In this document: in pieces, positions 35,901-48,400 of the stretch
Layout of the letters: every line of letters starts with the position of its first letter
How positions within the stretch are numbered: the stretch's first letter is position 1
From: Nemertoderma westbladi
Lineage: Eukaryota; Animalia; Xenacoelomorpha
Direction of reading: 5' to 3'
DNA: 52,406 nucleotides
Assembly: GCA_032718475.1 (NCBI GenBank)
Contig: JAUCBJ010007054.1
Location: forward strand, 1 to 52,406
Notes under the pieces: generated by a model
What the model was told of the DNA's origin: nothing
What the model saw: only the letters and a program-made list of their open reading frames with translations
Database searches by the model: none
Program-made: the position numbers and the translations under genes

Positions 35901-38900
35901 ACCCACTAACATCTACTCTTTCTACCCACAGACCGCTCCCGCTAACATCTACTCTTTCTACCCACAGACCGCTCCCGCTAACATCTACTCTTTCTACCCC
36001 ATAGACCGCACCCACTAACATCTACTCTTTCTACCTGCTAACATCTACTATTTCTACCCACAGACAGCTCCCACTGATATCTACTCTTTCTACCTGGTAA
36101 CATCTACCATTTCTACTCCACAGACCGCTCCCACTGATATCTACTCTTTCTACCCACAGACCGCTCCCACTAACATCTACTCTTTCTACCCATACACCCC
36201 TCCCACTAACATCTACTCTTTCTACCCACAGACCGCTCCCACTAACATCTACTCTTTCTACCCACTAACATCTACTCTTTCTACCCACAGACCGCTCCCA
36301 CTGTTATCTACTATTTCTACCCACAGACCGTTCCCACTGATATCTACTCACAGACCGCTCCCACTGATATCTACTCACAGACCGCTCCAACTAACATCTA
36401 CTCTTTCTACCCACTAACATCTACTCTTTCTACCCACAGACAGCTCCCACTGTTATCTACTCTTTCCACCCACAGACCGCTCCCACTTTTATCTACTCTT
36501 TCTACCCACAGACCGCTCCCGATAAAATCTAATATTTCTACACAGCCCGCTCCCATTAACATATACTCGTTCTACCCCACAGACCGCTCCCACTAACACC
36601 CACTCGTTCTACCCCACAGACCGCTCCCACTGATATCTACTCTTTCTACCTGCTAACATCTACTCTTTCTACCTACAGACCGCTCCCTCTAACATCTTCT
36701 CTTTCTTCCCACAGACCGCTCCCACTGATATCAACTTATTCTACCTGCTTACATCTACTCTTTCTACCCCACAGACCGCATCCAATGATTTATACTCTTT
36801 CTACCTGCTAACATATACTCTTTCTATCGACAGACCGCTCCCGCTAACATCTACTCTTTCTACCCACAGACCGCTCCCGCTAACATCTACTCTTTCTATC
36901 CACAGACCACTCCCACTGATATCTACTCTTTCTACTTGGTAACATCTACACTTTCTACCCCACAGACCGCTCCCACTGATATCTACTCTTTCTACCTGCT
37001 AACATATACTCTTTTTACATGCTATTATCTACTCTTTCTCCCCACAGACCGCACCCACTGATTTCTACTCTTTCTACCTGCTAACATCTAATCTTTCTAT
37101 CCACAGACCGCTCCCGCTAACATCTACTCTTTCTACCCACAGACCGCTCCCGCTAACATCTACTCTTTCTACCTGGTAACATCTACTCTTTCTACCCACA
37201 GACCGCTCCCACTGATATCAACTCTTTCTACCTGCTAACATCTACTCTTTCTACCCACAGACCGCTCCCGCTAACATCTACTCTTTCTCCCCACAGACCG
37301 CTCCCACTGATATCTACTCTTTCTACCTGGTAACATCTACTCTTTCTACCCACAGACCGCTCCCACTGATATCAACTCTTTCTACCTGCTAACATCTACT
37401 CTTTCTACCCCACAGACCGCTTTCACTGATATCTAATCTTTCTACCTGCTAACATCTACTCTTTCTACCTGCTAACATCTACTCTTTCTACCTGCTAACA
37501 TATACTCTTTCTCCCCACAGACCGCACCCACTGATTTCTACTCTTTCTACCTGCTAACATCTAATCTTTCTATCCACAGACCGCTCCCGCTAACATCTAC
37601 TCTTTCTACCCCACAGACCGCACCCACTAACATCTACTCTTTCTACCCACATACCGCTCCCGCTAACATCTACTCTTTCTATTCACAGACAGCTCCCACT
37701 GATATCTACTCTTTCTACCTGGTTACATCTACCCTTTCTACTCCACAGACCGCTCCCACTGATATCTACTCTTTCTACCTGCAAACATCTACTCTTTCTA
37801 CCCACAGACCGCTCCCACTAACATCTACTCTTTCTACCCACTAACATCTACTCTTTCTACCCACAGACCGCTCCCACTGTTATCTACTATTTCTACCCAC
37901 AGACCGTTCCCACTGATATCTACTCTTTCTACCCACAGACCGCTCCCGATAAAATCTACTATTTTTACACAGACCGCTCCAACTAACATCTACTCTTTCT
38001 ACCCACTAACATATACTCTTTCTACCCACAGACAGCTCCCACTGTTATCTACTCTTTCTACCCACAGACCGCTCCCACTTTTATCTACTCTTTCTACCCA
38101 CAGACCGCTCCCGATAAAATCTAATATTTCCACACAGCCCGCTCCCATTAACATCTACTCTTTCTACCCACAGACCGCTCCCACTGACATCTACTCTTTC
38201 TACCCACTGACCGCTCCCACTGTTATCTACTCTTTCTACCCACAGACCGCTCCCACTCCTATCTACTCTTTCTACCCACAGACAGCTCCCGATAAAATCT
38301 ACTATTTCTACACATACCGCTCCCACTAACATCTACTCTTTCTACCCACAGATCGCTCCCACTAAGATCTACTCTTTCTACCCACAAACATCTTATCTTT
38401 CTACCCACAGATCGCCCCCGCTAACATCTACTCTTTCTACCCACAGACAGCTCCCACTAACATCTACTCTTCCTACCCCACAGACCGCACCCACTAACAT
38501 CTACTCTATCTACCCACTAACATCTTATCTTTCTACCCACAGATCGCCCCCGCTAACATCTACTCTTTCTACCCACTAACATCTACTCTTTCTACCCACA
38601 GACAGCTCCCACTGTTATCTACTCTTTCTACCCACAGACCGCTCCCACTTTTATCTACTCTTTCTACCCACAGACCGCTCCCGATAAAATCTAATATTTC
38701 CACACAGCCCGCTCCCATTAACATCTACTCTTTCTACCCACAGACCGCTCCCACTAACATCTACTCTTTCTACCCACTGACCGCTCCCACTGTTATCTAC
38801 TCTTTCTACCCACAGACCGCTCCCACTCCTATCTACTCTTTCTAACCACAGACAGCTCCCGATAAAATCTACTATTTCTACACATACCGCTCCCACTAAC

Positions 38901-40190
38901 ATCTACTCTTTCTACCCACAGATCGCTCCCACTAAGATCTACTCTTTCTACCCACAAACATCTTATCTTTCTACCCACAGATCGCCCCCGCTAACATCTA
39001 CTCTTTCTACCCACAGACAGCTCCCACTAACATCTACTCTTCCTACCCCACAGACCGCACCCACTAACATCTACTCTATCTACCCACTAACATCTTATCT
39101 TTCTACCCACAGATCGCCCCCGCTAACATCTACTCTTTCTACCCACAAACATCTTATCTTTCTACCCACAGATCGCCTCCGCTAACATCTAGTCTTTGTA
39201 CCCACAGACCGCACCCACTAACATCTACTCTATCTACCCACTAACATCTTATCTTTCTACCCACAGATCGCCACCGCTAACATCTACTCTTTCTACCCAC
39301 TAACATCTTCTCTTTCTACCCACAGATCGCTCACGCTAACATCTACTCTTTCTACCCACAAACATCTTATCTTTCTACCCACAGATCGCCCCCGCTAACA
39401 TCTACTCTTCCTACCCCACAGACCGCACCCACTAACATCTTATCTTTCTACCCACAGATCGCCCCCGCTAACATCTACTCTTTCTACCCACTAACATCTT
39501 CTCTTTCTACCCACAGATCGCTCCCACTAACATCTACTCTTCCTACCCCACAGACCGCACCCACTAACATCTTATCTTTCTACCCACAGATCGCCCCCGC
39601 TAACATCTACTCTTTCTACCCACAGATCGCCTCCGCTAACATCTACTCTTTGTACCCACAGACCGCACCCACTAACATCTACTCTATCTACCCACTAACA
39701 TCTTATCTTTCTACCCACAGATCGCCACCGCTAACATCTACTCTTTCTACCCACTAACATCTTCTCTTTCTACCCACAGATCGCTCACGCTAACATCTAC
39801 TCTTTCTACCCACAAACATCTTATCTTTCTACCCACAGACCGCTCCCACTAACATCTACTCTTCCTACCCCACAGACCGCACCCACTAACATCTTATCTT
39901 TCTACCCACAGATCGCCCCCGCTAACATCTACTCTTTCTACCCACTAACATCTTCTCTTTCTACCCACAGATCGCCCCCACTAACATCTACTCTTTCTAC
40001 CCACTAACATATTCTCTTTCTACCCACAGACCGCTCCCACTAACATCTTATCTTTCTTCCCCACAGACAGCTCCCACTAACATCACAACTAACAACACTT
40101 CCACTGATATTTACTCTTTCTACCCCACAGACCGCTCCCACTAACATCTACTCTTTCTACCCCACAGACCAAACCCACTAACATATATTC
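32991..40190. repeat. Minisatellite B (right arm), more diverged, with higher-order duplications
   Basis: Same unit as the left arm. A 570-bp period duplication is visible as near-identical ORFs at 38081 and 38651. Confidence 0.97.
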
Positions 40191-40199
40191 CTTTTACAA

Positions 40200-40422
40200 C
40201 AATGACTTCGAACCTCTTCACAAGAACTACGTCCCCAAACTCTCTGACCCCGGTGCTGCTGAACCTATCGATGTGCTGCCGTAAATTGAGTCCCCCGATG
40301 AGAGTGAAGGAGATTCCGATAGCGACGATGTGTTGAAGCCGTTGGAAAGAGTCGAGACTCCGCTGGCTGAGAGATCAGTGACACCGGTCCCGGGATCTGT
40401 TACTAAGGTTGGTTCATGGTAA
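40200..40422 (+). pseudogene. Probable decayed terminal coding exon of an unidentified host gene
   Basis: GC-richer island reading NDFEPLHKNYVPKLSDPGAAEPIDVLP*IESPDESEGDSDSDDVLKPLERVETPLAERSVTPVPGSVTKVGSW*. It is preceded by CTAAC and TTCCTTTTACAA (acceptor-like, with AA in place of AG). Confidence 0.45.
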
Positions 40423-40873
40423 TTAATATTCATCCGTATACATTCATATATGTTGTGTTTTGATAACTTTGACTAACAAGATTGTAACTGCAACGTTTAC
40501 TGTGTGAGAATTGTATTTTATACCATGAGCCGTGCTGCAGTTGTTTGGCAATACACCCTATATCGAAATTTAATTTAAAAAATATTTGATCAATTTGTGT
40601 AACTTGACACGCTTTTTTCAAGTACACTCACACAAGGTGCGCCGTTTGTATCTAACAGATAGGACATTGGTAACTAACTCAATGTCAAGACGAAACTATA
40701 CAATCCCTTATCCCATTGTTTGATAGAGGCCCCCCTGTAGTGACGCACTGCTTTCTTCCTATTGACTCTCACTGCATTCCATTGAATATAACTCCCCATA
40801 CACACACCGGCTCCATGAATGACCAACTCACATAGGAACTTACATTAGAGATTCATTTTACTGTTAGGAATTC

Positions 40874-40963
40874 AGCCAATAGCAGCCGATATTGGCTCAA
40901 CTAATTCAGTATCGATTTTTGGGTATTAATTATCGCCTTTTTGACCCCGGCTGTGGTATAAAA
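40874..40963 (+). promoter_or_regulatory. Core promoter: inverted CCAAT pair and TATA box
   Basis: AGCCAAT...ATTGGCT at about 40874-40898. TATAAAA at 40957-40963, about 80 nt before the ATG at 41042. Confidence 0.6.
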
Positions 40964-41041
40964 TCATTAACCGTGTGTTAGAGCTATTATTCTCTACATT
41001 ATGTGATGCCGGTTACTTTTATGTAGTTTGTAGTAATTTGT

Positions 41042-41123
41042 ATGGCAATGTCGTTCGTGGTTATTTTTCTTACTGTTTTGTGTTTAGCTAGTGCAGCTCC
41101 TCTTAAAGAAACATCAGATGAAG
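41042..41123 (+). CDS. Exon 1 of secreted His/Val/Gly-rich protein (signal peptide)
   Basis: MAMSFVVIFLTVLCLASA-APLKETSDE followed by AG|GTGAGA donor (phase 1). Not in the ORF track. Confidence 0.85.
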
Positions 41124-42121
41124 GTGAGAAAATTACAGTTAATACTATTTAATTATTTCTTATGCTAAAACACATTATGTAGCCGTAGCGTAGCATTTAA
41201 TAATATTCTGGACACTATCATACTAATAGTTATCTATAATAAGGCCTGTGATTGTTGGTGTATGCCGACTTACACACTTTTTTTTTTGATAAGTCTACCT
41301 GTCTGAGTTTTATGTACGAAATTTAACGCCCATGTAAAGAATATCCGGTTTTCAATTTTCGGTTTATATAAGCCTATGAAGAATTTGTATATTTCTCATT
41401 TAACTGTTTTATTGCGCTAAATTTTTTTATGTTTCGTTTATTGTTTTGGTTAGAATTCAGCCTTGCTGAAACCTGTATTTTTTGTTAAAACCTGGTGTTC
41501 TTAATTAAAAGTGAATTACAAAGTGGGTAAACTGCAAAGTGAATATAACGGCAGCAGGTTTACATTACATGGGTCCGTTTTTTATATAGTCCTAGTCTGC
41601 TTGTGTGTTTGGGGACCAGAATCTGCACTGCACTCGCACTTCTACGCACCAACCTGCCAAGTCAATGGTAAATAATTCAAAATGTTGGGGTGGGGAAATG
41701 AGATCTGTTACTGATGTCCGAGAAAAGAATGATATAGTTGCCGATATTTCAACCAAACAGTCAATCAATCAATTAATCAATTTATAAAATAATTACAAGA
41801 TACCAATACCGGGCTGAACTCGGACCGTGTGCTATCTACCGACTAACTACAGACTACTCGAACTACAGAGACTACTTCCTATAATGTATAACTATTAGCC
41901 ATCTAATTATATTTTATTATATAGGCCTACCGGTAATTAAATATTACGCTTTCTTTCTTAAAAATTCAAAATTGGAACTACATGGCTTCAGTTTGGTTCA
42001 GGTTTGAATGATAATGAATATTAAAATTAAATAATTTTATTAATTAAATGATAGGTTTCTGTTTGTCACTCAAATACTAATTTTTGTTTATTTTTTTGAA
42101 AACAATATTTATTTTTTGTAG

Positions 42122-42885
42122 ACGATTTGGAGACCAGATCCATAGGTTTCGGGCCGGATATCGGCCGTTCGGTAACCAATGTGTACAACCAGGACCTCGG
42201 CGACGTCTACCGCCCCGTAGTCAGCGAATCGGTCCACCACATCGACCGGGGGATGGTCCATCGTCCGGTCCATTCGGTCCATCACGTGGACGCCGGACGG
42301 ATAATCAAACCGGTCCACTCGGTTCACAGCGTGGACGCGGGCCCGATCCTGAAGCCGGTCTACTCGGTCTCCTACAAGGAGGTGGGTCGGCGGACGCGAC
42401 CGGTGCACACGGTGCGGAACGTCGATATGGGGCGGTTACTGCGGCCGGTGCATACGGTGCACCAGGAGGCGGTGGGCCGGTTGGTGCAGCCGGTGGTGCA
42501 GCGGAGGGTGCACCAGCAGCACGTGGGGAGGTTGGTGCGACCGGTGGCCGAGACGGTGACCGCGGTGCGGAGGGTCGAGGTGGGGGGTGTGGGGGTCGTG
42601 GGAGGGGGTGTTGTGGGAGGGGGGGTTGTGGGCGTCGGGGCGCTGAGGGGGGTGGGCGTTGGGGCAGTGAGGGGGGTGGGCGTTGGGGCGGTGCGAGGCG
42701 TCGGTGCCGTGGGCGTCGGCGCCGTGGGCGTCGGTGCCGTGGGCGTTGGAGCCGTGGGCGTCGGTGGCGTGGGCGTGGGTGGCTACCCACCCGGTATACA
42801 CTCCCCCCATTACAACTACCACCCCGGACATAAAACCTACCCCTACAACCCCAACTATCCTTACTTCCATCACTACAGAAAGTAA
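42122..42885 (+). CDS. Exon 2 of secreted His/Val/Gly-rich repetitive structural protein (281 aa in total)
   Basis: TTTTTTGTAG| acceptor, with phase matching exon 1 (G+AC = Asp). It encodes about 15-aa VGRLxRPVHxVH repeats, (GAVGV)n and a His/Tyr/Pro tail. High GC at third positions; AATAAA at 42885 and 42984. Confidence 0.88.
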
Positions 42886-42999
42886 ATAAACTCTCATCGC
42901 TAAAAGAAAAAAGAAACACGAAAAGAAGAAACAATAACTCACCAACATATGTTTATTAAACTCCATTAATTTCATTAATGATTAATAAATTCCATCTCA

Positions 43000-43320
43000 G
43001 CTGGTTACCTTCTGTGCTCAGCGACTATTATTAGCTTCGCTTAGCACAATAGTGCTTAGCTAATGTTTAGCATTCATTCGCCGCGACTCTTGTCTTTATA
43101 TTCGTTTTGCGTAAACCCGCTGGTTACCTTTGTGCTCGGTATATTTACTGTAACTTAGCACAATAGTGCTTAGCTAATTTAAGCAATTATTTGCAGCTGT
43201 TTATTTAATTTATTGCTCTACTTATAAAGTTTTACTATAGATGGCGAGGTTTAGTTGTGCTCAGTAATAGAGTATCTTAGCACAATTGTGCTTAGCAAAT
43301 CTTAGTACCATATTGCTGCT
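43000..43320. repeat. Three diverged copies of a twin inverted-repeat motif (core TTAGCACAATAGTGCTTAGCTAA)
   Basis: Cores near 43041, 43155 and 43277, each preceded by TGTGCTC. Confidence 0.8.
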
Positions 43321-43441
43321 TGTAGTGACTTGTTTCTCGATATTAGCTTCCTCTGTTAGATTATTACCTGGTGTACCTAGTGTTTCCAATAAACTCATTT
43401 TTAATTACAACCGGTGATATAAAGGTTATGAAACTTCAGCT

Positions 43442-43640
43442 CATACGCAGTGGGGTAGGGGGGGGGGGGGGGGGGTCTATAATTCCACCGTTCTACTAAT
43501 AAATGATTTACTTAGAAAAGAACATCAAGAAAGAACCTTCGGGCAGCATAACTGCAAGGCCATCTCGACTACATTATTCTAAATGGCTAGCTTAACTATG
43601 GCTAGTTATATATTGGCTTCCGACACACTCAAACCCCCCC

Positions 43641-43671
<31 letters not shown>

Positions 43672-43688
43672 AGTTGGAAGCGGCTATG
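43442..43688. mobile_element. Possible degenerate MITE with subterminal poly-G and poly-C tracts
   Basis: CATACGC...G-run at the left end and C-run...GCGGCTATG at the right end. No TSD seen. Confidence 0.35.
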
Positions 43689-43772
43689 GTATGATTATAA
43701 CTGTTCGCTTCTGACTTGTAGTTTTGCCTCGCCTCACACTATAAAACATTCCATTATTTATTTGGGCCTCAG

Positions 43773-43896
43773 GAATTCTTAGCCCGCAAAACAATAACGT
43801 TTATTGTTTTGGTTCCCCCAATACGCCTCTGAAACCTTGCTCCTTTACTAACCTGATCCTTTAATATTGCTAAGAATACTCTCGGGCTAAGAATTC
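43773..43896. mobile_element. MITE-like segment with 14-bp perfect inverted repeat
   Basis: GAATTCTTAGCCCG (43773-43786) and CGGGCTAAGAATTC (43883-43896). No TSD seen. Confidence 0.5.
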
Positions 43897-45362
43897 ACCC
43901 AACCTTTATTTGGTTAGACAAGAATCTCAGGCGTCACCCAAGTTTTACGCTAGTTTTACAATTATAAACGAATAATTGCTATTCCCGTCTGTCATTTAAC
44001 ACCGCAAGAATCGAGAGTTACTAAGTCTGAAATTATCTCATATCATAAACAACAATAAACTAAAGTCAGAACAGGTTAAAGTTTTATTCTTGGGAGTAAT
44101 CCGCTGTTATTTGGGTCGAATTACCCCTGGAGAGGGTTGAAATTTGTTTGCTATCTGTTAATTAGTTGCTCACTTCTTAAAAATAAATTCCGCATCCTTA
44201 ATTAAATCTCCAATTTATTAATGTAACAAACAATTATTTGTTTTACATACTTTACCTACCCTACCATATCATTGTTAATATATCAAACCTATTTATTTAC
44301 ACTTAATCAATATTATCTTTTTAAATTCTCTAATAACACAGGAGCTATTATTGTTAGTCGGCAATATAAATCAATAATTCATCCTAGGTAATCCCATGTT
44401 ACACACTAACGGATCAATATCATTGGCTAATATACAACATCCCCCGGCCCTCCCATTGGTCAGCTACTAAGTATTGCTTGTTACCATGGTTGGTCATTCT
44501 AACTTGAATGTATTCGCAACAGGTATTGGGTAAGCAAGCTAAAGGTGTTTAACGTAATAAGACACGAGGTTGCCAAATGTAACATATGATTTTGACAGTA
44601 TAAATGTTTAATTTTCTGAAATATTTTCTGTTGTTTAGTTTATTTATTTATTTACTTATATATTTCATGTTTCTCAGCTCAAAAGTTTATTTTATTATAC
44701 TTCTGCGTATAGTAGTAATATAAACTGTTTCAATATTTTTTTACGTTAACGTTTAAGGTAATATAATTTATATTTCAATGCCTCATAAAACAGCCGCTGC
44801 ATCAAAAGATTTACATCGTGTGAGTTATTTATACCTTAAAAATAAATTTTCGTATTTCAGTCACAAACAACCTTTCAAAAAAAAAATAGATAGGATAATT
44901 TATAATTATCCGGTTTTGTTTTTTCCAGTAAATCATACTTTAATGATGCAACTAGCACCATTCTTATACACAACGTCTCGTCAGATATACAAGTTGACAT
45001 AGAACCAAAAACATACGAATATACAATACATATTGGCTACATATATACAAGTTATTGTGCAATCTCTGTAGTGACAATTTGTTGCCAAACCCCAGCACTA
45101 CCCTGCTGACACAAGGTATGAGACTTTGCGGTTACACCACATAGGTTGAGACGTAAATGCTAAGATACACAAGTCTTGATAACGCTGGGGATACTGGGAT
45201 GATCGCGAAGTCTCAGGTTTTGCGTTGAGGGGTTCGGCCGGCGATTCGTTATTGTGGTGTGGCGTTGGCGTATAATGTAATAAACGTACCAACTGTTATA
45301 TAAAGTTTAGATTATCGCCTATGTTATTATTTATGTATTTATTTTATTATTGATTTTCACAG

Positions 45363-45428
45363 GATAACCGAGATGTAAAGCACACCAACAGTAGTAGTAG
45401 TAGCCGCCAGGAAGAAGATAACGTTAGA
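45363..45428 (+). CDS. Putative 66-nt internal exon of an unidentified gene
   Basis: T-rich tract ending TTTTCACAG|, open frame DNRDVKHTNSSSSSRQEEDNVR, then |GTGAGC donor. Confidence 0.5.
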
Positions 45429-48400
45429 GTGAGCACAGCGAATAAACGTGTTATACGAGCTCATTTAAGGGTAAGTACCACAGTGAGCAAGCAAGTAGAT
45501 GAGTTATAGAGCTCATTTAATGGTAAGTACCACAGTGACCAAGCGAGTAGATGAGTTATAGAGCTCATTTAAGGGTAAGTACCAGGGTGAGCACAGCAAA
45601 CCAACGTGTTATACGAGCTCATTTAAGGGTAAGTACCACAGTGAGCAAGCAAGTAGATGAGTTATAGAGCTCATTTAAGGGTAAGTACCACAGTTAGCAA
45701 GCGAGTAGCTGAGTTATAGATCTCATTTAAGGGTAAGTACCAAAGTGATCAAGCGAAGAGATGAGTTATAGAGCTCATTTAATGGTAAGTACCACAGTGA
45801 CCAAGCGAGTAGATGAGTTAAAGAGCTCATTTAAGGGTAAGTACCACAGTGAGCAAGCGAGTAGATGAGTTATAGAGCTCATTTAATGGTAAGTACCACA
45901 GTGACCAAGCGAGTAGATGAGTTATAGAGCTCATTTAAGGGTAAGTACCGGGGTGAGCACAGCAAACCAACGTGTTATACGAGCTCATTTAAGGGTAAGT
46001 ACCACAGTGAGCAAGCAAGTAGATGAGTTATAGAGCTCATTTAAGGGTAAGTACCAAAGTGATCAAGCGAAGAGATGAGTTATAGAGCTCATTTAAGGGT
46101 AAGTACCACAGTGAGCAAGCGAGTAGATGAGTTAAAGAGCTCATTTAAGGGTAAGTACAACAGTAAGTATGCGAGTAGATCAGTTATATAGCTCATTAAG
46201 GGTAAGTACCACAGTGAGCAAGCAAGTAGATGAGTTATAGAGCTCATTTAAGGGTAAGTACCAGGGTGAGGACAGCAAACCAACGTGTTATACGAGCTCA
46301 TTTAAGGGTAAGTACCACAGTGAGCAAGCAAGTAGATGAGTTATAGAGCTCATTTAAGGGTAAGTACCAAAGTGATCAAGCGAGTAGATGAGTTATAGAG
46401 CTCATTTAATGGTAAGTACCACAGTGAGCAAGCGAGTAGATGAGTTATAGAGCTCATTTAATGGTAAGTACCACAGTGACCAAGCGAGTAGATGAGTTAT
46501 AGAGCTCATTTAAGGGTAAGTACCGGGGTGAGCACAGCAAACCAACGTGTTATACGAGCTCATTTAAGGGTAAGTACCACAGTGAGCAAGCAAGTAGATG
46601 AGTTATAGAGCTCATTTAAGGGTAAGTACCACAGTGAGCAAGCAAGTAGATGAGTTAAAGAGCTCATTTAAGGGTAAGTACCAAAGTGATCAAGCGAAGA
46701 GATGAGTTATAGAGCTCATTTAAGGGTAAGTACCACAGTGAGCAAGCGAGTAGATGAGTTAAAGAGCTCATTTAAGGGTAAGTACCACAGTAAGTATGCG
46801 AGTAGATGAGTTATATAGCTCATTAAGGGTAAGTACCACAGTGAGCAAGCAAGTAGATGAGTTAAAGAGCTCATTTAAGGGTAAGTACAAAAGCGAGCAA
46901 GCGAGTAGATGAGTTATAGAGCTCATTTAAGGGTAAGTACCAGGGTGAGGACAGCAAACCAACGTGTTATACGAGCTCATTTAATGGTAAGTACCACAGT
47001 GAGCAAACAAGTAGATGAGTTAAAGAGCTCATTTAAGGGTAAGTACAAAAGCGAGCAAGCGAGTAGATGAGTTATAGAGCTCATTTAAGGGTAAGTACCA
47101 GGGTGAGGACAGCAAACCAACGTGTTATACGAGCTCATTTAAGGGTAAGTACCACAGTGAGCAAGCAAGTAGATGAGTTAAAGAGCTCATTTAAGGGTAA
47201 GTACAAAAGCGAGCAAGCGAGTAGATGAGTTATAGAGCTCATTTAAGGGTAAGTACCAGGGTGAGGACAGCAAACCAACGTGTTATACGAGCTCATTTAA
47301 GGGTAAGTACCACAGTGAGCAAGCAAGTAGATGAGTTATAGAGCTCATTTAAGGGTAAGTACCAAAGTGATCAAGCGAGTAGATGAGTTATAGAGCTCAT
47401 TTAATGGTAAGTACCACAGTGAGCAAGCGAGTAGATGAGTTATAGAGCTCATTTAATGGTAAGTACCACAGTGACCAAGCGAGTAGATGAGTTATAGAGC
47501 TCATTTAAGGGTAAGTACCGGGGTGAGCACAGCAAACCAACGTGTTATACGAGCTCATTTAAGGGTAAGTACCACAGTGAGCAAGCAAGTAGATGAGTTA
47601 TAGAGCTCATTTAAGGGTAAGTACCAAAGTGATCAAGCGAAGAGATGAGTTATAGAGCTCATTTAAGGGTAAGTACCACAGTGAGCAAGCGAGTAGATGA
47701 GTTATAGAGCTCATTTAATGGTAAGTACCACAGTGAGCAAGCAAGTAGATGAGTTAAAGAGCTCATTTAAGGGTAAGTACAAAAGCGAGCAAGCGAGTAG
47801 ATGAGTTATAGAGCTCATTTAAGGGTAAGTACCAGGGTGAGGACAGCAAACCAACGTGTTATACGAGCTCATTTAAGGGTAAGTACCACAGTGAGCAAGC
47901 AAGTAGATGAGTTAAAGAGCTCATTTAAGGGTAAGTACAAAAGCGAGCAAGCGAGTAGATGAGTTATAGAGCTCATTTAAGGGTAAGTACCAGGGTGAGG
48001 ACAGCAAACCAACGTGTTATACGAGCTCATTTAAGGGTAAGTACCACAGTGAGCAAGCGAGTAGATGAGTTATAGAGCTCATTTAAGGGTAAGTACCACA
48101 GTGAGCAAGCAAGTAGATGAGTTAAAGAGCTAATTTAAGGGTAAGTACCACAGTGAGCAAGCGAGTAGATGAGTTATATAGCTCAATTAAGGGTAAGTAC
48201 AAAAGCGAGCAAGCGAGTAGATGAGTTATAGAGCTCATTTACGGGTAAGTACCAGGGTGAGGACAGCAAACCAACGTGTTATACGAGCTCATTTAAGGGT
48301 AAGTACCACAGTGAGCAAGCAAGTAGATGAGTTAAAGAGCTCATTTAAGGGTAAGTACAAAAGCGAGCAAGCGAGTAGATGAGTTATAGAGCTCATTTAA

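Noticed and set aside
42084-42975. Overlapping Arg/Gly-rich and Pro-rich ORFs in other frames and strands
   Set aside because: Shadows of a GC-rich repetitive exon. Only the 42127 frame is in phase with the signal-peptide exon.
45070-45290. Possible upstream coding exon (MLRYTSLDNAGDTGMIAKSQ)
   Set aside because: Weak donor (CAG|GTTTTG), stops in all extended frames, and no recognisable homology.
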